Source: Octopus bimaculoides (Eukaryota). Taken from it: 63,947 nucleotides of DNA. Positions 26,003-39,884 of the stretch are shown piece by piece; position 1 is the first letter of the stretch, and each line of letters opens with the position of its first letter. The notes under the pieces were generated by a model. That model was given only the letters and a program-made list of their open reading frames with translations. It ran no database searches and was not told the origin of the DNA. The DNA lies in assembly GCF_001194135.2 (NCBI RefSeq), contig NC_068981.1, forward strand, positions 104,225,760-104,289,706, in the 5' to 3' direction. Made by a program: the position numbers and the translations under genes.

Positions 26003-26913
26003 TTAGGTCATCCCATGAATAATTGCATGAACTAAAAGTCGGAGGAGTATGGGATAAACTACTTGCATCGACTTGGTATAAAAGCAGGTAGTAACTTTAC
26101 CTTGTCCTTATTCTTAGTGCAAGTTCTGAAGAGTGCAGTTCAATTTTAACAGTTAAAAATTTTGAAAGCTATAATGGAAGTCACAAAGGAGCATATTCAG
26201 CATATTTTGCTTTATATGGTCAGTAAAGGTAACAACACAACAGAAAGTGTGAGGAATACTAATGCAATATATGGGGATCAGACAATAAGCATAAGCCAGT
26301 GTGAACAGTGATTCCAGAAATTCTGAGCTAGAAACTACAGCCTAGATGATGAGCCTTGTCCTGGAAGATCTGTAGAGTTCGACAAGGCCGTCCTGCAAAC
26401 CTTGGTGGAACAAAATCCCATTGTAAGTGTCGAAGAACTAGCAGAGAAGATTGGATTTGGTTATTCAACCATTCATTGACACCTGCATGCCATCAGAAAA
26501 GTCAACAAATTGAGTCAATGGGTTCCTCACAAACTTTCCAAGTCTAATGCTCAGCCACATACAGTGAGGATGACAGTCCACAGGCTGGAGCAGTTTGAAT
26601 GGGAAACAATGCACCTCCCACCATATTCACCAGACATTGCCCCATCTGATTATCATTTATTCTGCAGTCTTCAAAATTATTTGGACAGAAAAAATTTGAA
26701 TTCTGTAGACGAGGTCAGAACAGTGGTGGAGGAGTATTTTTCCTCACAGACAAGTGAATTTTGGAAGAGGGGCCTTGCAAGTCTACCAAATAGATAGAAG
26801 AGCATTGTAGAAAATGCAGGAGAGTATATTTTAAATTAAGAAAGAACTTTGTTTACCTCAATTTTGAAAAATAAACAAGTAAAAAAAACTGCATTATTTA
26901 TGGGATGACCCAA
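26003..26913 (+). mobile_element. Mariner (DD34D-type) transposon, internally deleted, both TIRs present
   Basis: TIRs TTAGGTCATCCCATGAATAATTGCA (26003-26027) and TGCATTATTTATGGGATGACCCAA (to 26913), each flanked by TA. One frame from ATG 26174 to TAA 26839 reads MEVTKEHIQHILLY..DEPCPGRS..WVPHKLS..NAQPHT..HLPPYSPDIAPSDYHLF, with several in-frame stops. Confidence 0.93.
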
Positions 26914-26977
26914 TATATATATACATACATAGATAACTGGATTGTGTTTGTATGTGTGCATGTTTTATATAGCCTAA

Positions 26978-27017
<40 letters not shown>

Positions 27018-27341
27018 ATGTGTGCATATGTGTGTATTTAAATATATTTATATATATACACACATGCATACATATATACACAACTGAATTATGCGTATGT
27101 TGTGGTTGTTACTGGTGTCATGCAAATGGCACTCGTGCTGGTGACATGTAAAACGTACTCATTACACTCTCGGAGTGGTTGGCATTAGGAAGGGCATCCA
27201 GCTGTAGAAACCATGCCAAATCAGGGTGGACCCTGGCACAGCCCTCTGGCTTACCAGTTCCAGTCAAACTATCTAATACCAGCATGGAAAGCTGATGTTA
27301 AACTATGATGATGATATATATATATACACACTATGATGATG

Positions 27342-27372
<31 letters not shown>

Positions 27373-28159
27373 CATACACACATACATACATGACTGAATT
27401 GTGTGTGTATGTATGTGTATATATGCGTGTATATACATATATGTGTGTATATACTTATATATATGTGTATATATATGTATGCACATACATAATTGGATTA
27501 TGTATTTGTGTGTGTGTGCATTTATATATATGCGTGTAGTTATATATATTCATATGCTCATATGCACATAATTCTTTCATAACTGAGAGTCCAATCCCAA
27601 AATTGCCCTCATATCAAGCTTGTATGTAATATCACTGTATATCTTTCCTTATTGCTTATACAACGCAGCTTTTTCACATGATTTGGGCGGGAAATCTTGA
27701 AAATAAATATTTGTGACATTGATCATGACTGAGTCGATTAATCAGTTGCAAGGCCCTGCACCTTTTATGTTTTCTTTTGTGACCAGCATTTAGAATTAAG
27801 AAAGATTCTGGCATGCTTTTATTGTTGTTGGTTATCATGTTGTACGGGTGGTTATAATTTTGTTGGTCTGTTTGCTTTAGTAATTGTTTTGCTATTCCGT
27901 TTTTTTCTCTCCTCATTTTCCTATTGATGGAACTGTAATTGGGTTCGTAGCTGTATTATTCGGAACAGAAAATATAAATATCTATATACATTTCTGTTTT
28001 GTGGGGGTCTTTTTTTTGTCTCTTTTTTAATATTTCTATGTCCTTGTTTGTGTTCTGTGTTTGTCTGTGTGCATGCATCTATATGTCCTTGCGTTTGCAT
28101 GCATTTGTATACATACACATACATAAATGTATGTATACATATATGTGTATACATATGCT

Positions 28160-28214
<55 letters not shown>

Positions 28215-28324
28215 NNNNNNNNNNNNNNNNNNNNNNNNNNNNNNNNNNNNNNNNNNNNNNNNNNNNNNNNNNNNNNNNNNNNNNNNNNNNNNNNNNNNNN
28301 NNNNNNNNNNNNNNNNNNNNNNNN

Positions 28325-28387
<63 letters not shown>

Positions 28388-28593
28388 GTATAGTATAAAA
28401 TTAATGTGGGCAGTTGACATGTATATATATATGTATAAACATATATATACATAATGAATATATGTATACTTACATATATACATATATTCATATATACCTG
28501 TGTGTATATATATATATATCTACATTTACATATGTATGAATACAGGTGCGTCTGCATATATATATGTGTGTGTGTATTTATATATACAAACAT

Positions 28594-28626
<33 letters not shown>

Positions 28627-29267
28627 CAAACACACATATACACACATACATACATGTATGTGTGTGTGTGTGTATTTCAGTGAATGTAGATATATTTCAT
28701 TTTTACAAATGCATGTGTGATTTATTTTTATTTTTTGTTTGCTATTTTATTTATTTATTTCTACCTCTTGAGCTGATGATGTTATTAAGGTAATGGAATG
28801 CAATTGTGTTGTATTGTCATATGTATGTGCTCCATAAACGTAAGTGTGCACATTCACATGTGTATGCATGTGTGTGTGTGTGTGTGTACATGGTGTCCTA
28901 TGTATGCATGTATGTACTTATGATTTATTGGCTGATAGAGGTGGTGGGGAACACAGCTATCAAACTTATCCTCCCATTAATCCCCAAATGTTCCAGCTGG
29001 CTCACAGTTCCTAACCATTCAAGCCAGTCATATCAGCAATATCAAATTAATGGCATGGAGCAAAATGTTATGGATTAACTCACACAACTGCCATTCCTTT
29101 CTGGCAAAATCATATAAATAAATAAGAGTTTTGCTTTTCTTTCTTGTTGTTGCTGTTATTGTTGGGTTTGATGATTGTTGTTGTTATTGCTGCTGGTGGT
29201 GCTATTGGTTATGAAGTCAATGCATGTAAGGAATTATTATTATTATTATTATTGTTAAGGCCTCAAG

Positions 29268-29945
29268 CTGGCAGAATTGTTAGCATGCAAGGCAAAATGC
29301 TTAGCATTATTTCATCTGTTTTTATGTTCTGAGTTCAAATTCCGCTAAGGTTGACTTTGCCTTTTATCGTTTTGGGATGATAATTTAGGTACTAGTGAAA
29401 CATTGGGGTCGATGTAATCAACTAGTCTCCTCCCCAAAAAATTTCAGGTCTTGCGCCTTTAGTAGAAAGGGTTATTATTACTATTAAGGTAGCAAACTGA
29501 GAGAATCATTAGCATGCCAGGCAAAATGCTTAGCAGTATTTCATCCATTTTTATGTTCTAAGTTCAAATTCTGTAGAAGTTGACTTTGCCTTTCATCCTT
29601 TCTGAGTCAATAAAATAAGTACTAGTTGAGCACTGGGGTAAATGTAATCGACTTGCTCCATCCCCTGAACTTGCTGGCCTTGTGCCAAAATTTAAAGCCA
29701 TTATTATTGTTGTTGTTATTGGGTAAGATGGTTAGCTGACAGAATTGTTACTGCACCAGACAAGTTGCTTAGTGTCATTTCTTTCAACTTTACATTCTGT
29801 GTTCAAATTCTGTCAATGTTGATTTTGACTTTCATCCTTTCATTGAAAAAAGTACCAGTTGAGCACTTGGGTCAATGTAATCAAGTAGCTTCCTCCTCAA
29901 AAATTTCAGTCCCTTACCTACAGTAAAAAGGATTATTATTGTTAT
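29268..29945 (+). mobile_element. SINE family B (about 215 bp, (ATT)n-flanked), three copies head-to-tail
   Basis: Unit GGCAAGCTGGCAGAAT..GTTCAAATTC..CTTTGCCTTTCATCCTTT..GGGTCGAT..AGAAAGGATTATTATT. Other copies at 9222-9570, 10838-11070, 17826-18040, 30515-30780, 33615-33830, 39633-40125 and 48680-49345, with minus-strand fragments near 35400-35560 and 54700-54900. Confidence 0.85.
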
Positions 29946-29954
29946 TATTATTAT

Positions 29955-30480
29955 TGATTGAGAGACCAGTGCAAGCCATCAAAGTGACACTGGGATACAA
30001 ATATACAAAGCCCAGTATTCTCATCATGATTACTTGTCTGATAAGGGTACACCAGGCACATGTATCGCAACCATATGTGCACAACATGGTGATCTTATAT
30101 CAAAATAAACAGTGCATGACCTCGCAGGTGGAGCCCAGTTTGAATTTTCTTCGGGTTGAGTAGCCCATCCCACTCAAAAGGTCCCTGAATAAGGTATCTT
30201 TAAGGATAATGAACGAAACACCCGTGTTTCCAGAGGTGAATTATTCAAACCCCAAAGAATTCCTCTCAACACATGGCTATGATACTCCCCCACTACTTCT
30301 GCTCATGATCAGAGTTGCACATAGGGACATGCTCAACTGGTTAAAGTCAAACAACTGACAAGCAAATCTGTGATATTGAACAGAATATTTGCTGTAACCC
30401 ATCTTTTATACCAAGACAAAACAATGTACATGATAACACTTCCAATCAATTAAAATCAGAAGCCATGAGAGCCACTGCCT
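29955..30480. repeat. Unclassified interspersed repeat (family E)
   Basis: 30110-30480 is homologous to 8760-9140 (CATGACCT.GCAGGTG..GGTGAATTATTCAAACCCCAAAG..GAATATTTG..CCATGAGAG). Both copies abut (ATT)n runs. Confidence 0.75.
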
Positions 30481-33102
30481 ATTATTATCAATATCATCAT
30501 CATCATCATCATTAAATATGGCAAACTGGCAGAATCGTTACTGCACCAGGCAAAATGCTTAGCAGTATTTGAATATATGTATATATGTCTGTATACATAT
30601 GTTCATTTGCAGCATTCCATTTGTCTTTACGTTCTGAGTTCAAATTCCAATGAGGTCAACTTTGCATTTCATCATTTTGAGGTCAATGAAATAAGTACCA
30701 GTTCAGCACTGGGGTCAATGTAATTGACTAACTCCCTCCCACCAAATTTCAGGCCTTGTTCCTACAGTAGAAAAGATTTATGTTCATTATTATCAGTAGT
30801 AGTAGTAGTAGTAGTAGTAGTAGCAGTAGTAAGATCCTTTACATTCTAAGTTTTAATCTTCCACCATCCTTCAGGGGTTGATAAAATAATGTTCAAGTCA
30901 AGTACTGGAGTTGATATAACAAGCTATACCCCTCCCTTAAATTTGAAGCTTAAGGCCTCAAATTTAGGGGAGGGATATAGTTGAAAGGATTACTGTTCTT
31001 TTTCTTTTTTCTCATCCTTCTCCACTGAAGTTGACTTTGCCTTTCATCCTTTTAGGGTTGCCAAAATAAAGTACCATAGATGTAATTAACTACTCCTTCC
31101 TGCTCCCCAAGTTTCTGGCCACATGCTGTCTATTGTAGAAAGATTTACTATTATCATTGTTGTTGTTGTTGTTATCTGAATTTGAATCCTTCCAGAGTCA
31201 ATGAAATGGATATCAGTTATGTAAAGCTGGTTGACTCACTGCATTACAACTGTATTTGTAACCAATGCCAATGCACGGAATCTTTATTTCCAGCATCATC
31301 ATCATCACTGTCTACATCATTATCATTATTGGACAGTTTAGTGCTGGTCTGTATGATTTATGTTGAGAAATAAGGAACTAGATATCTGAATGAATATAAT
31401 ATCAGCCCAGCAGTTGAATACTGAACAGTCTGTATTCAATCAATGTCATTGCATAATGTTAATGCCCAATTTCTTTAACTCACAATAGCAATGCCCACAT
31501 ACCTACCCTGGAAAGTATAGATCATTATTATAAATACATTCTGTACTGTGGTTTGTTAGCTTCCATACTGACTTCAGTTTTTCTTTCTAAAAATGTTATT
31601 TGGCTGTAGTAGCCTAGCATGCTATCCCAAGGAAAAGTTATTTCTCATCTGACTGGTGCTGCAGAGTTGGTTGTTGTAGCAATATAAGTATTTATGTTTG
31701 AGAAAGAATTAGATATTGTATGTAGTTGGTGGCCAATCTCCTTCTAGGTCATTTGCTTAGTCGTGTCTAGTTGAGTGAGGTGACTGGTGCATGCAACAGT
31801 CTGTCACATAAAGCTCTTCACTAACTTTACTGGCTCAAAGGATTTGGAGCTGCAAGCCAGCTAGATAGTTAGGAGATTAATAAGAGAGTCAGTTTGTTAG
31901 TTGTAAATTCACCTCCCCATATCAGCTTATAAATCATTTGCACATGCACAAACATGCACATGTATTCATACATAAATACACAACTAAAGAATCATCGTTC
32001 TTTGCGCCAGGAAAAGCAACTGAGAAGAATGTGAATAAATGATTTATGTTTTGTGGCTCCTTGTGTTTGTGAGCAAAACACTTTATCTACCTACTTACTC
32101 ATCCTTTTCACCCCATCTGGCATTACATTTCTGATAAAGCCTTCTCTCCGTATGGTGTTACTTAATAGAAATACAGTAAAAATTGCTCTCTGACTTGTGG
32201 AAACCATTCTTTTGGGCTTAAACATTTTGTTGTCTATAATCATGCTTTGCTGTCTGAATATACCAGCTCATTGTAATAAATGAAATAAGAGAAAGAAATG
32301 TGCCAAAGTATGGTTGCTACTGCTAACATGGCATGTCTTTGTTTCAGTAGTTATTCTCCTACAAGGCCAGCCTACTTAGGAAGATCTAAGAAGAATTTAT
32401 ATTGTTGTTAGGAATGCAACACATGCACCAACAAAAATTTATACTGAGATGAACAATATGCTAATATTAATAAATAATTGTTTCTTACACTTGTACATGA
32501 CCACAATTGTGTATATGCCGGGTATTACATTCTCAACCACAGATTGACCAAGAGAATATCAGACAATCAGATGAGAGGTTAGTGAATCATGCCTTTGCAT
32601 CAGCACTACATTGTTTCTATAGCTGTGACACTTAAATATAATTAAGTCCACCTAACTCTTAGTAGGTACTCTTAGTAAATTTATGTTGTCCATTATCAAA
32701 AGTAACAGCAGCAATACCTTTGTGGATATTGTTGCTGCTGCTGCTACCACTGCCACTGCTCAGGTCAGTGTTGATGAAGCAGATGTTATCATTGACAGTA
32801 TTCCAGCCTTGACTGTAGGGATGGTGGTGATGGCTGGGGTAGAATTGCTTACATCAACTTTGCACATGGCCAATAATTTGTTTCTTGATCTTTCAGGAAG
32901 ACAAAACAGCCAACCTCAGCTGGATTTGAACTTAGAATATAGAGAGGCAAAGTTAAATACCACAAAGCATTTATTTAGTTTGTTGTGCTACTCTTTCTGC
33001 CAACTCACTGCACTACTATAATGTCTATCAGTAATGCATGAGCAGTTTAGTTGTTTATAAAAATGCTCGCCTATCTTTACACATCTTCTGTATAACCGTG
33101 TT

Positions 33103-33138
<36 letters not shown>

Positions 33139-34811
33139 CAGCCATGTCACTGATAGTTAAAGTTCTGGTCATTGCACACTCAAATTACATGCGTCATAGA
33201 ATAATGAACATATTCATATTCTCGGCTTTTGCACAGAAGTTAAATATATCTCTTAAATTCCTTTGGTTCAAAGAATTAGAACAATGCCTCTGATTAAACA
33301 GACTCAGTTTCATTGTTACAGCAACAAACAATATGTAAACTACACAAATAAGTCCAAACTAGTTATTGCTGCAAGTTCTTTATATATATAAATTTGTGCG
33401 TATGTATTTAACATGATAGAAAAGAGCAGACAGATAGACAGACACTGATGGATAGACACACATAAATGGATATCATTTTCTGTTAACTTCAACATTTACA
33501 GCCTACACAATGTATTATGATGGCTATGAGGTTAAAGTGCTAGATTACTGACCACACAGTCATAAGTTTCAACATTACAGTGCAAAAACTGTGTATTATC
33601 GTTGTTGTTTAGAAAGATTGTGAGCTGGTAGAATCATTACCATGGTGAACAAAATGCTTAGCAACATTTCTTCTGGTTTTACATTCTGAATTCAAATGCT
33701 ACCATGACTGACTTTGCCTTTCATCCTTTTAGGATTGATAAAATAAATGCCTGTTGAGCACTGGGGTCTATGTAACTGAGTAGCCCCTTCCCCAAAACAT
33801 CAGGCTTTGTGCCTATAGTAAAAAGGATTGTTGTTGTTTAACCACATGTTAGTCCCAGTGCTGCAGGTCTATGTCAAAGATGTTCTTGCCTTGACCATTC
33901 CATCCATTTATATATCTGTGACAACACTGTCAATGTATATTTTTTTCCTTTCTCTTTGTAGAATGTGACCTTATGAAGATTTGGCTATGATTTCTAGCAT
34001 TTCAACTGCATATTGATTTGGTGTGTGTTTGTGTTTGTGCAGTGTGTGTGTTTACATAGTGCATTATGGTAAATTCTTGATAAATCAAGTCTGCAATCTA
34101 TTCCCAATTCAAAGTTGAAATTAATTTTATTGGTGTCAGTGAAATGACAGAAGAGAAAGTCATGAAAGTTGATGAGTTTTAAATTGTTCAATCACTGGAC
34201 AAACTTTTCATTGAATTAATATGTAAGCATCCTACATTGATAATCTTCCATGAAAGTATTCCTGACTATGAAGAAATATTATAATATCATCTTACTTGGA
34301 AACGGGTAAGTATTGGTGACAGGAAGGGACATCTGACTATAGAAAATTTACCTTGACAAATTTCATCTGCCCCATGTAGATGTGAAAAAAGCACGTGCTA
34401 AAATGATGATGATAATGGGCTTCCATACAGTTTCCAGTTGCTTGTTTCACCCATAGGGTGTTGGGCAGCCTGAGGCTACTGTAAAAGACACTCGTCAAGG
34501 GTTCAGTGCAAGAAGATAGAACTCAACGCTAAATGGTAACACAGCACATTTCATATCCACATAGCCATGCTTGTGTGGTTATATTTTTATATTATAAATG
34601 TGAAGTGAAAGAAATTGAAGTAAAAACAAATATGATGTGAATGTTAGTTTAACAAAAATGCCTGTTAGTGGTAGGGAGTTTGATTGAATGAAATATTCTA
34701 ATGGTTGAAAAAAAAAAGAAACTTATTAATATAGAGTCTTCAATTTTTAAAAAATGGGTATATTCACTAGTAACAGAAATTATTGAATATTTAATTTCAG
34801 TGTTGCTCTAT

Positions 34812-35040
34812 TTAACCCTTTCACATTCAGATTACTTTGTCAAGTGTAATGCTTATTTATTCATATTGTTTTGAACTAATCATGCATTATCTCATAGTTT
34901 TGAATTTCGATGATGTGATTGTTTATTTTTGAATTACATTGTAGGATATATTTGAACATAAAACATATCTGACTAGTTTGAGCATAAAACTGGTCGGATG
35001 TTTGGGACAGATATGACTTGTTTTAATGCTGAAGGATTAA
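34812..35040. mobile_element. Second TTAA-flanked MITE family
   Basis: TTAA|CCCTTTC..GAAGGA|TTAA with internal TAATCATGCATTATCTC. Homologues at about 948-1158 (inverted) and 2658-3109 (interrupted). Confidence 0.75.
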
Positions 35041-35589
35041 GCATAATGTTAAAACCATTTTTTTTTTTAAATTTCAAAAAGAATTCAATGTTAGTTATGA
35101 ACATGTATTATGTTGAAAAAAATCTACATTTATTATAAAAAATGGAAGGTTCTAATGAATTTGTAGCACCCAACATAATTACAGTGCAATGACTGAAACA
35201 AGAAAAAACAAAAGGAAAGAAAGAAGAAAAAGAATCCAACAATATCACTCATTTCAGCTGAGTCTTTTGATCCTATACGATTTTAAGGGGCTTGGTATTT
35301 TGCTTCATAATCCAAGTATACATAGCTGTTACAGAAGAGAATTGACCTTCTAACTTGTATGATAATCACAGTCAGTGCTTACATATGGCTAAACAACAGC
35401 AATAATCCTTTTTACTATAGGCACAAGGCCTGAAGTTTTAGTGCAAGGGGCTTGTCAGTTACATCGGCCCCAGTGCTCAATTGGTATTTATTTTATCAAT
35501 CACAAAAAGGAGGAAAGATAAAGTCAAACTTGGCAGCATTTGAACTCAGAATGTAAAGCCAGAAATGTTGCTTGTATAGGTTGTACTGG

Positions 35590-35850
35590 TCTTGCCTAGC
35601 ACAATGCCTTGCCTCTAGTTATGGCCCTTTTTCATATCCCTTGTGAAGTTTAACCTCCTCATATCCATCACTACCTCTTTTTATGTCTCCCTTGGGGTTT
35701 CTCTTCTGCTGGTTCCTTCAACTAGAAGGGCTCAACAATTCTGTACCCAGCTTCCATCCTTTTTCATACACATTACATGTCCATAGAAGTTCGATTTTTC
35801 TCTCTGGATCATTGTGTCTGGTTTCTCTTATACTTACTAGTGGGAACCCA
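35590..35850 (-). mobile_element. RTE/RTE-X C-terminal fragment
   Basis: Minus frame IQREKSNFYGHVMCMKKDGSWVQNC*ALLVEGTSRRETPRET*KEVV. Confidence 0.65.
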
Positions 35851-36538
35851 GCACATGGCTTGCAAACTCTTTCATAATTCCCTTTGTCATTCTCAATCAA
35901 ACAAATGGTTGTTAAGAAATTAAAAGATTGTTCTGCAGATATGACAATGAAAATTGGTTGTGTATAGTTTTTCCCTTTTACTTCTTAGATGCCAACAAAA
36001 TTAGATCCTGCCAGATTGCGTTGTTAGAATTGTGTGTGTGTGTGTGAATTGTCCATATGCATGTCTATTCTGTATTCAGGAAACTACAAAAGGAACACCC
36101 ACAAAGTTTTATATATTATTCATCTCTTCAGTGTACATAGTACATAGATATTTTCATGCAAATGAAATATATATGTATATAGATATAATGCACAGATATG
36201 TGTGTCATTGTATCTAGATATGTATATGTGTGTATGTGTGTATAAATATAATGCACAGTTATGTGTATGTCAATGTATCTAACAAAAAATATATAGATAG
36301 ATAGATAGATATAGATATATGTACACAAGCATATGAATTGTATGCGTATATATATATAGAGAGAGATATATGTTAATGTGTGTGTTTGTGGATGTGTGTC
36401 ATAAATTGCAATATTTTATTATATATTTTTATGTACATTCAACAATGTTTTGTATTGTGTCACAATGTTTTGGATTAATGTTGCCCTTGTGACAAATACG
36501 AAAACATTTTTATTAGTTGCTTTTTGTTTTATTTGTTT

Positions 36539-36578
<40 letters not shown>

Positions 36579-36716
36579 TATCAGTAGCAGTGATAAGAGG
36601 AGGCCTAAGTTACATAGTTGCAAATAATTTATGGGGTGGAAGAGTTTATTATTAGTGGGATTTTTTTTTTAGCCTTACTCCTTTTCTTCTTGTTCTTGTT
36701 CTTCTTCTTATTATTC

Positions 36717-36763
<47 letters not shown>

Positions 36764-36962
36764 TCCCTGGATGNNNNNNNNNNTAAACATGCCACTCTTC
36801 TCCCCCCCCCCTGTGTCACTATTGCACATCCTCTAATCTGACATCTTTTATAATGTTCTCGCCTCACCCCCACTGTTTACCTCTTGTGATACCTACTGGT
36901 GAGAAAGGATGTGTCACTTTGTGGTTACCAAGCATTTAAATGGTGTGATTTATTATTGCTGC

Positions 36963-36994
<32 letters not shown>

Positions 36995-39390
36995 CAGCAG
37001 CAGCAGTCTGATCTAGACTAGACCACTTACCTATCTGCCTACCTACCTACTGACCTATCTAACCCATTCCTCCAATCAACAACCCAGTTTCTGAATCTTA
37101 CTTTCAAACCATTTCATTTCATATCATTTCACTTTATGCAGCTATCATCATCACCCCTTGGTGAAAGGCTGGCTTGGGCTATCAGGAGGAGCAACATTTC
37201 AACAACTGTGATGGTGACAGAGCTTCCCCAACCACTTGCTTTCTTCCTATTCACCACCACCCCCCATCCACACAATCACACATACACACATTGCTCTTGG
37301 AGATAGCATCAACCACCAGTGAAGTCTATTTATTATTTAACTCTTTTGTAAATGCCTTCAGTAAAGGCATGGATATCACAAACATTTGTCCCTCATTCCT
37401 TTTAAACCCCGTAGGATTTTGTGACCTATGTAAGAAAGAAGGAAATATTTTCCTACTGTTGTTGCTGTTGCCCATCATCATTATCATCATCATCATTTAA
37501 CGTCTGTTTTCCATGCTGACATGGGTTGGATGGTTTGACAAGAGCTGGCCAGTTGAAGAGCTGCCCAGGCTCCATGTCTGTTTTGGCATCATTTCTACAG
37601 CTGGTTGTCCTTTCTAATTCCAACCACCTTACTGAGCATACTACAAGTGTCTTTATTTATAGCTCTGGACCAAGCAATCCCTTGTGAACTATGTGGAAAC
37701 TATGTGGAAGTCTTTTGTATATGTGTGTGTGTGTGTGTGTATGTCTTGCCTCCACTGACATCTGGTGTTAGTTTGTTTACATCCCTTAACGTAGCAGTTC
37801 TACAAAAGAGACAGACAATAAATAAGTGCAAGAGTAATTTGTTGGACTAAACATTTCGTAGTGGTGCCCCAGCCGGGCTACTGTTTAATGGCTGAAACAA
37901 GTAAAAGATAAAAATAACACATTCTCTAAAATGTTTTTCTTGTCCAGTAGAGTTTAGCATTTTGTATTTGTATTGCCTTGTGATATTATAATGCAAATTG
38001 TTTTTGTCCCTGGCCTAGTAGTACTACTGGTAGGGAGTGGATATTGCTCGTTAAGCATAAACTTTACAAACATGTAGCACCATCACCCAGGTCTGTCTGA
38101 TGTGTGTGTGTGTGTACAGCATGATGAAACTCTGTTCTGTTACATTCATTCAGTGATTGAGCATTACTGAACTATGGAGTTTTGTTGAACAGCTTTTGTT
38201 GCATGTAGAACAGATCTGGCTATCAACCAAGTCCATTGTGAGGCTTGCCCCATTGCCTTCCTGTGACCATGAAGAGCAGGCAGTTTTCTTCTGTCTAATG
38301 AGCATAATTAAAAGAGATTGATTGACATGATTGAAAAAATAAAAAGCAAAGGCAAACACCCACTTTGTTGCCCAAACTCTTGTCAGCTTCTGCATATACA
38401 AGTTCGGGAAGAAACTGAGGGTAGAAAGAGAGGGAGAGAGAGAGGTAGTGCCTTCCATTTGCTGAAAGTTGTGTGAGAGATGCACTAATAGCCTATATGA
38501 ATGGTCCTGTAGGCCAGAGAACACAACTGTGAGAAGACACTTGTCCTTAGACTCACATGTTCTCAGATTTGTGGGTTCCTTTATTAGCTGTCCCTCTTTG
38601 GTGATCACACCCATTATCATTACTATCATCTTTTCCTGTTATTATCCTAATGTACTCTACTCTCTAGAACTATTATGTAACTCAGTAAATATAAAGTATG
38701 TTTTGCTTTCTTATGCACAATATGAGCATATCCTAGAAGTGCTATCATAGCATTGAGAAAAATTATCAGGTATTGCTTCAATTTTTAGCTGGCTTTGTTT
38801 CTCCAAACATCCTTATAATTACTGGGGTTTTTTTTAAAATATGCTTTGATGTCTTCCTTTGGAGGTTATTATGTTTGAAGAATTTTTCAATATCCAATTA
38901 TTATTGGATCTTATTTTCATTTTAAATTTATATCAGGACAATTTGTTCCTATCTCTTTATCTGTCTGTATTTTATATATCTTGGAGAAAATCGCCATTTT
39001 CTATATTCCATAACGATCTCTGGTGTATGCTTGCACCACGTTAAAGGGTTTTTTAGTCGAACAAATCGACCCCAGGACTTATTCTTTGTAAGCTGAGTAC
39101 TTGTTCTATTGGTCTCTTTTGTCGAACGGCTAAATTATGGGGACATAAACACACCAACATCAGTTGTCAAGTGATGGTCGGGGTCAAACATAGACACAAA
39201 GACACACACACACACACATAAATACATATATATATACACATAATTTTTTTCAACATCATAAGAATTTATAAACTTTGAGAGAACACAAAATTATTCTTTC
39301 TTTGAAACAGAAGATCTCGAAGCAGATAAAGCTATAAATAATAGCATATGAATATTGGTTTGAGAAACCATTTGGATAGAAAAGACTGAA

Positions 39391-39463
39391 AGCTACCCAT
39401 GGGACTCAAACCCATATCTCCTGTAAACATGACAGGTGTTCTACCATTGGACCAAAGCAATCC
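39391..39463 (-). pseudogene. Degenerate tRNA-like sequence
   Basis: Minus strand: D-arm-like TGGTCCAATGGTAGAAC, 5-bp stem CCTGT/ACAGG around loop CATGTTT (TGT in the anticodon position), T-arm ATGGG-TTTGAGT-CCCAT. The acceptor stem pairs poorly. Confidence 0.55.
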
Positions 39464-39842
39464 TTTGAATTTTTCTATCCATTTTAGAAACTTTATTCTT
39501 ACCAGTGAGAATCGTAAACTGTTGATATCATAAGAATTTATAATCTTTGAGAGAACATGAAGTAATTCTTTTTTTGGAAAGGTGGATCTTGAATAACTAG
39601 GGTTTTTTAACCCAGTATTTAGCTTTTATTAAGGCAGTGAGCTGGCAGAATCATTAGTATGCCAGGTGGAATGCTTAGCAGTATTTCATCCATCTTTGCA
39701 TTCTGAATTCAAATTCTGTTTGACTTTCATCCTTTCTGGGTCAACAAATTAAGTACCAGTCAAGTATCGGGGTCAATGTCATTGACTAGTCCTCTCCCTA
39801 AAATTTCAGGCCTTGTGCCTATAGTAGAAAGGATTATTGTTG

Positions 39843-39884
<42 letters not shown>

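Noticed and set aside
32683-33021. 112-aa ORF
   Set aside because: Built from GCT/GAT simple repeats plus a minus-strand SINE-B-like fragment.
38150-38635. 159-aa minus ORF and a possible 79-nt exon (38557-38635) with a GTGAGT donor
   Set aside because: No recognisable protein motif, and the putative acceptor lacks a pyrimidine tract.
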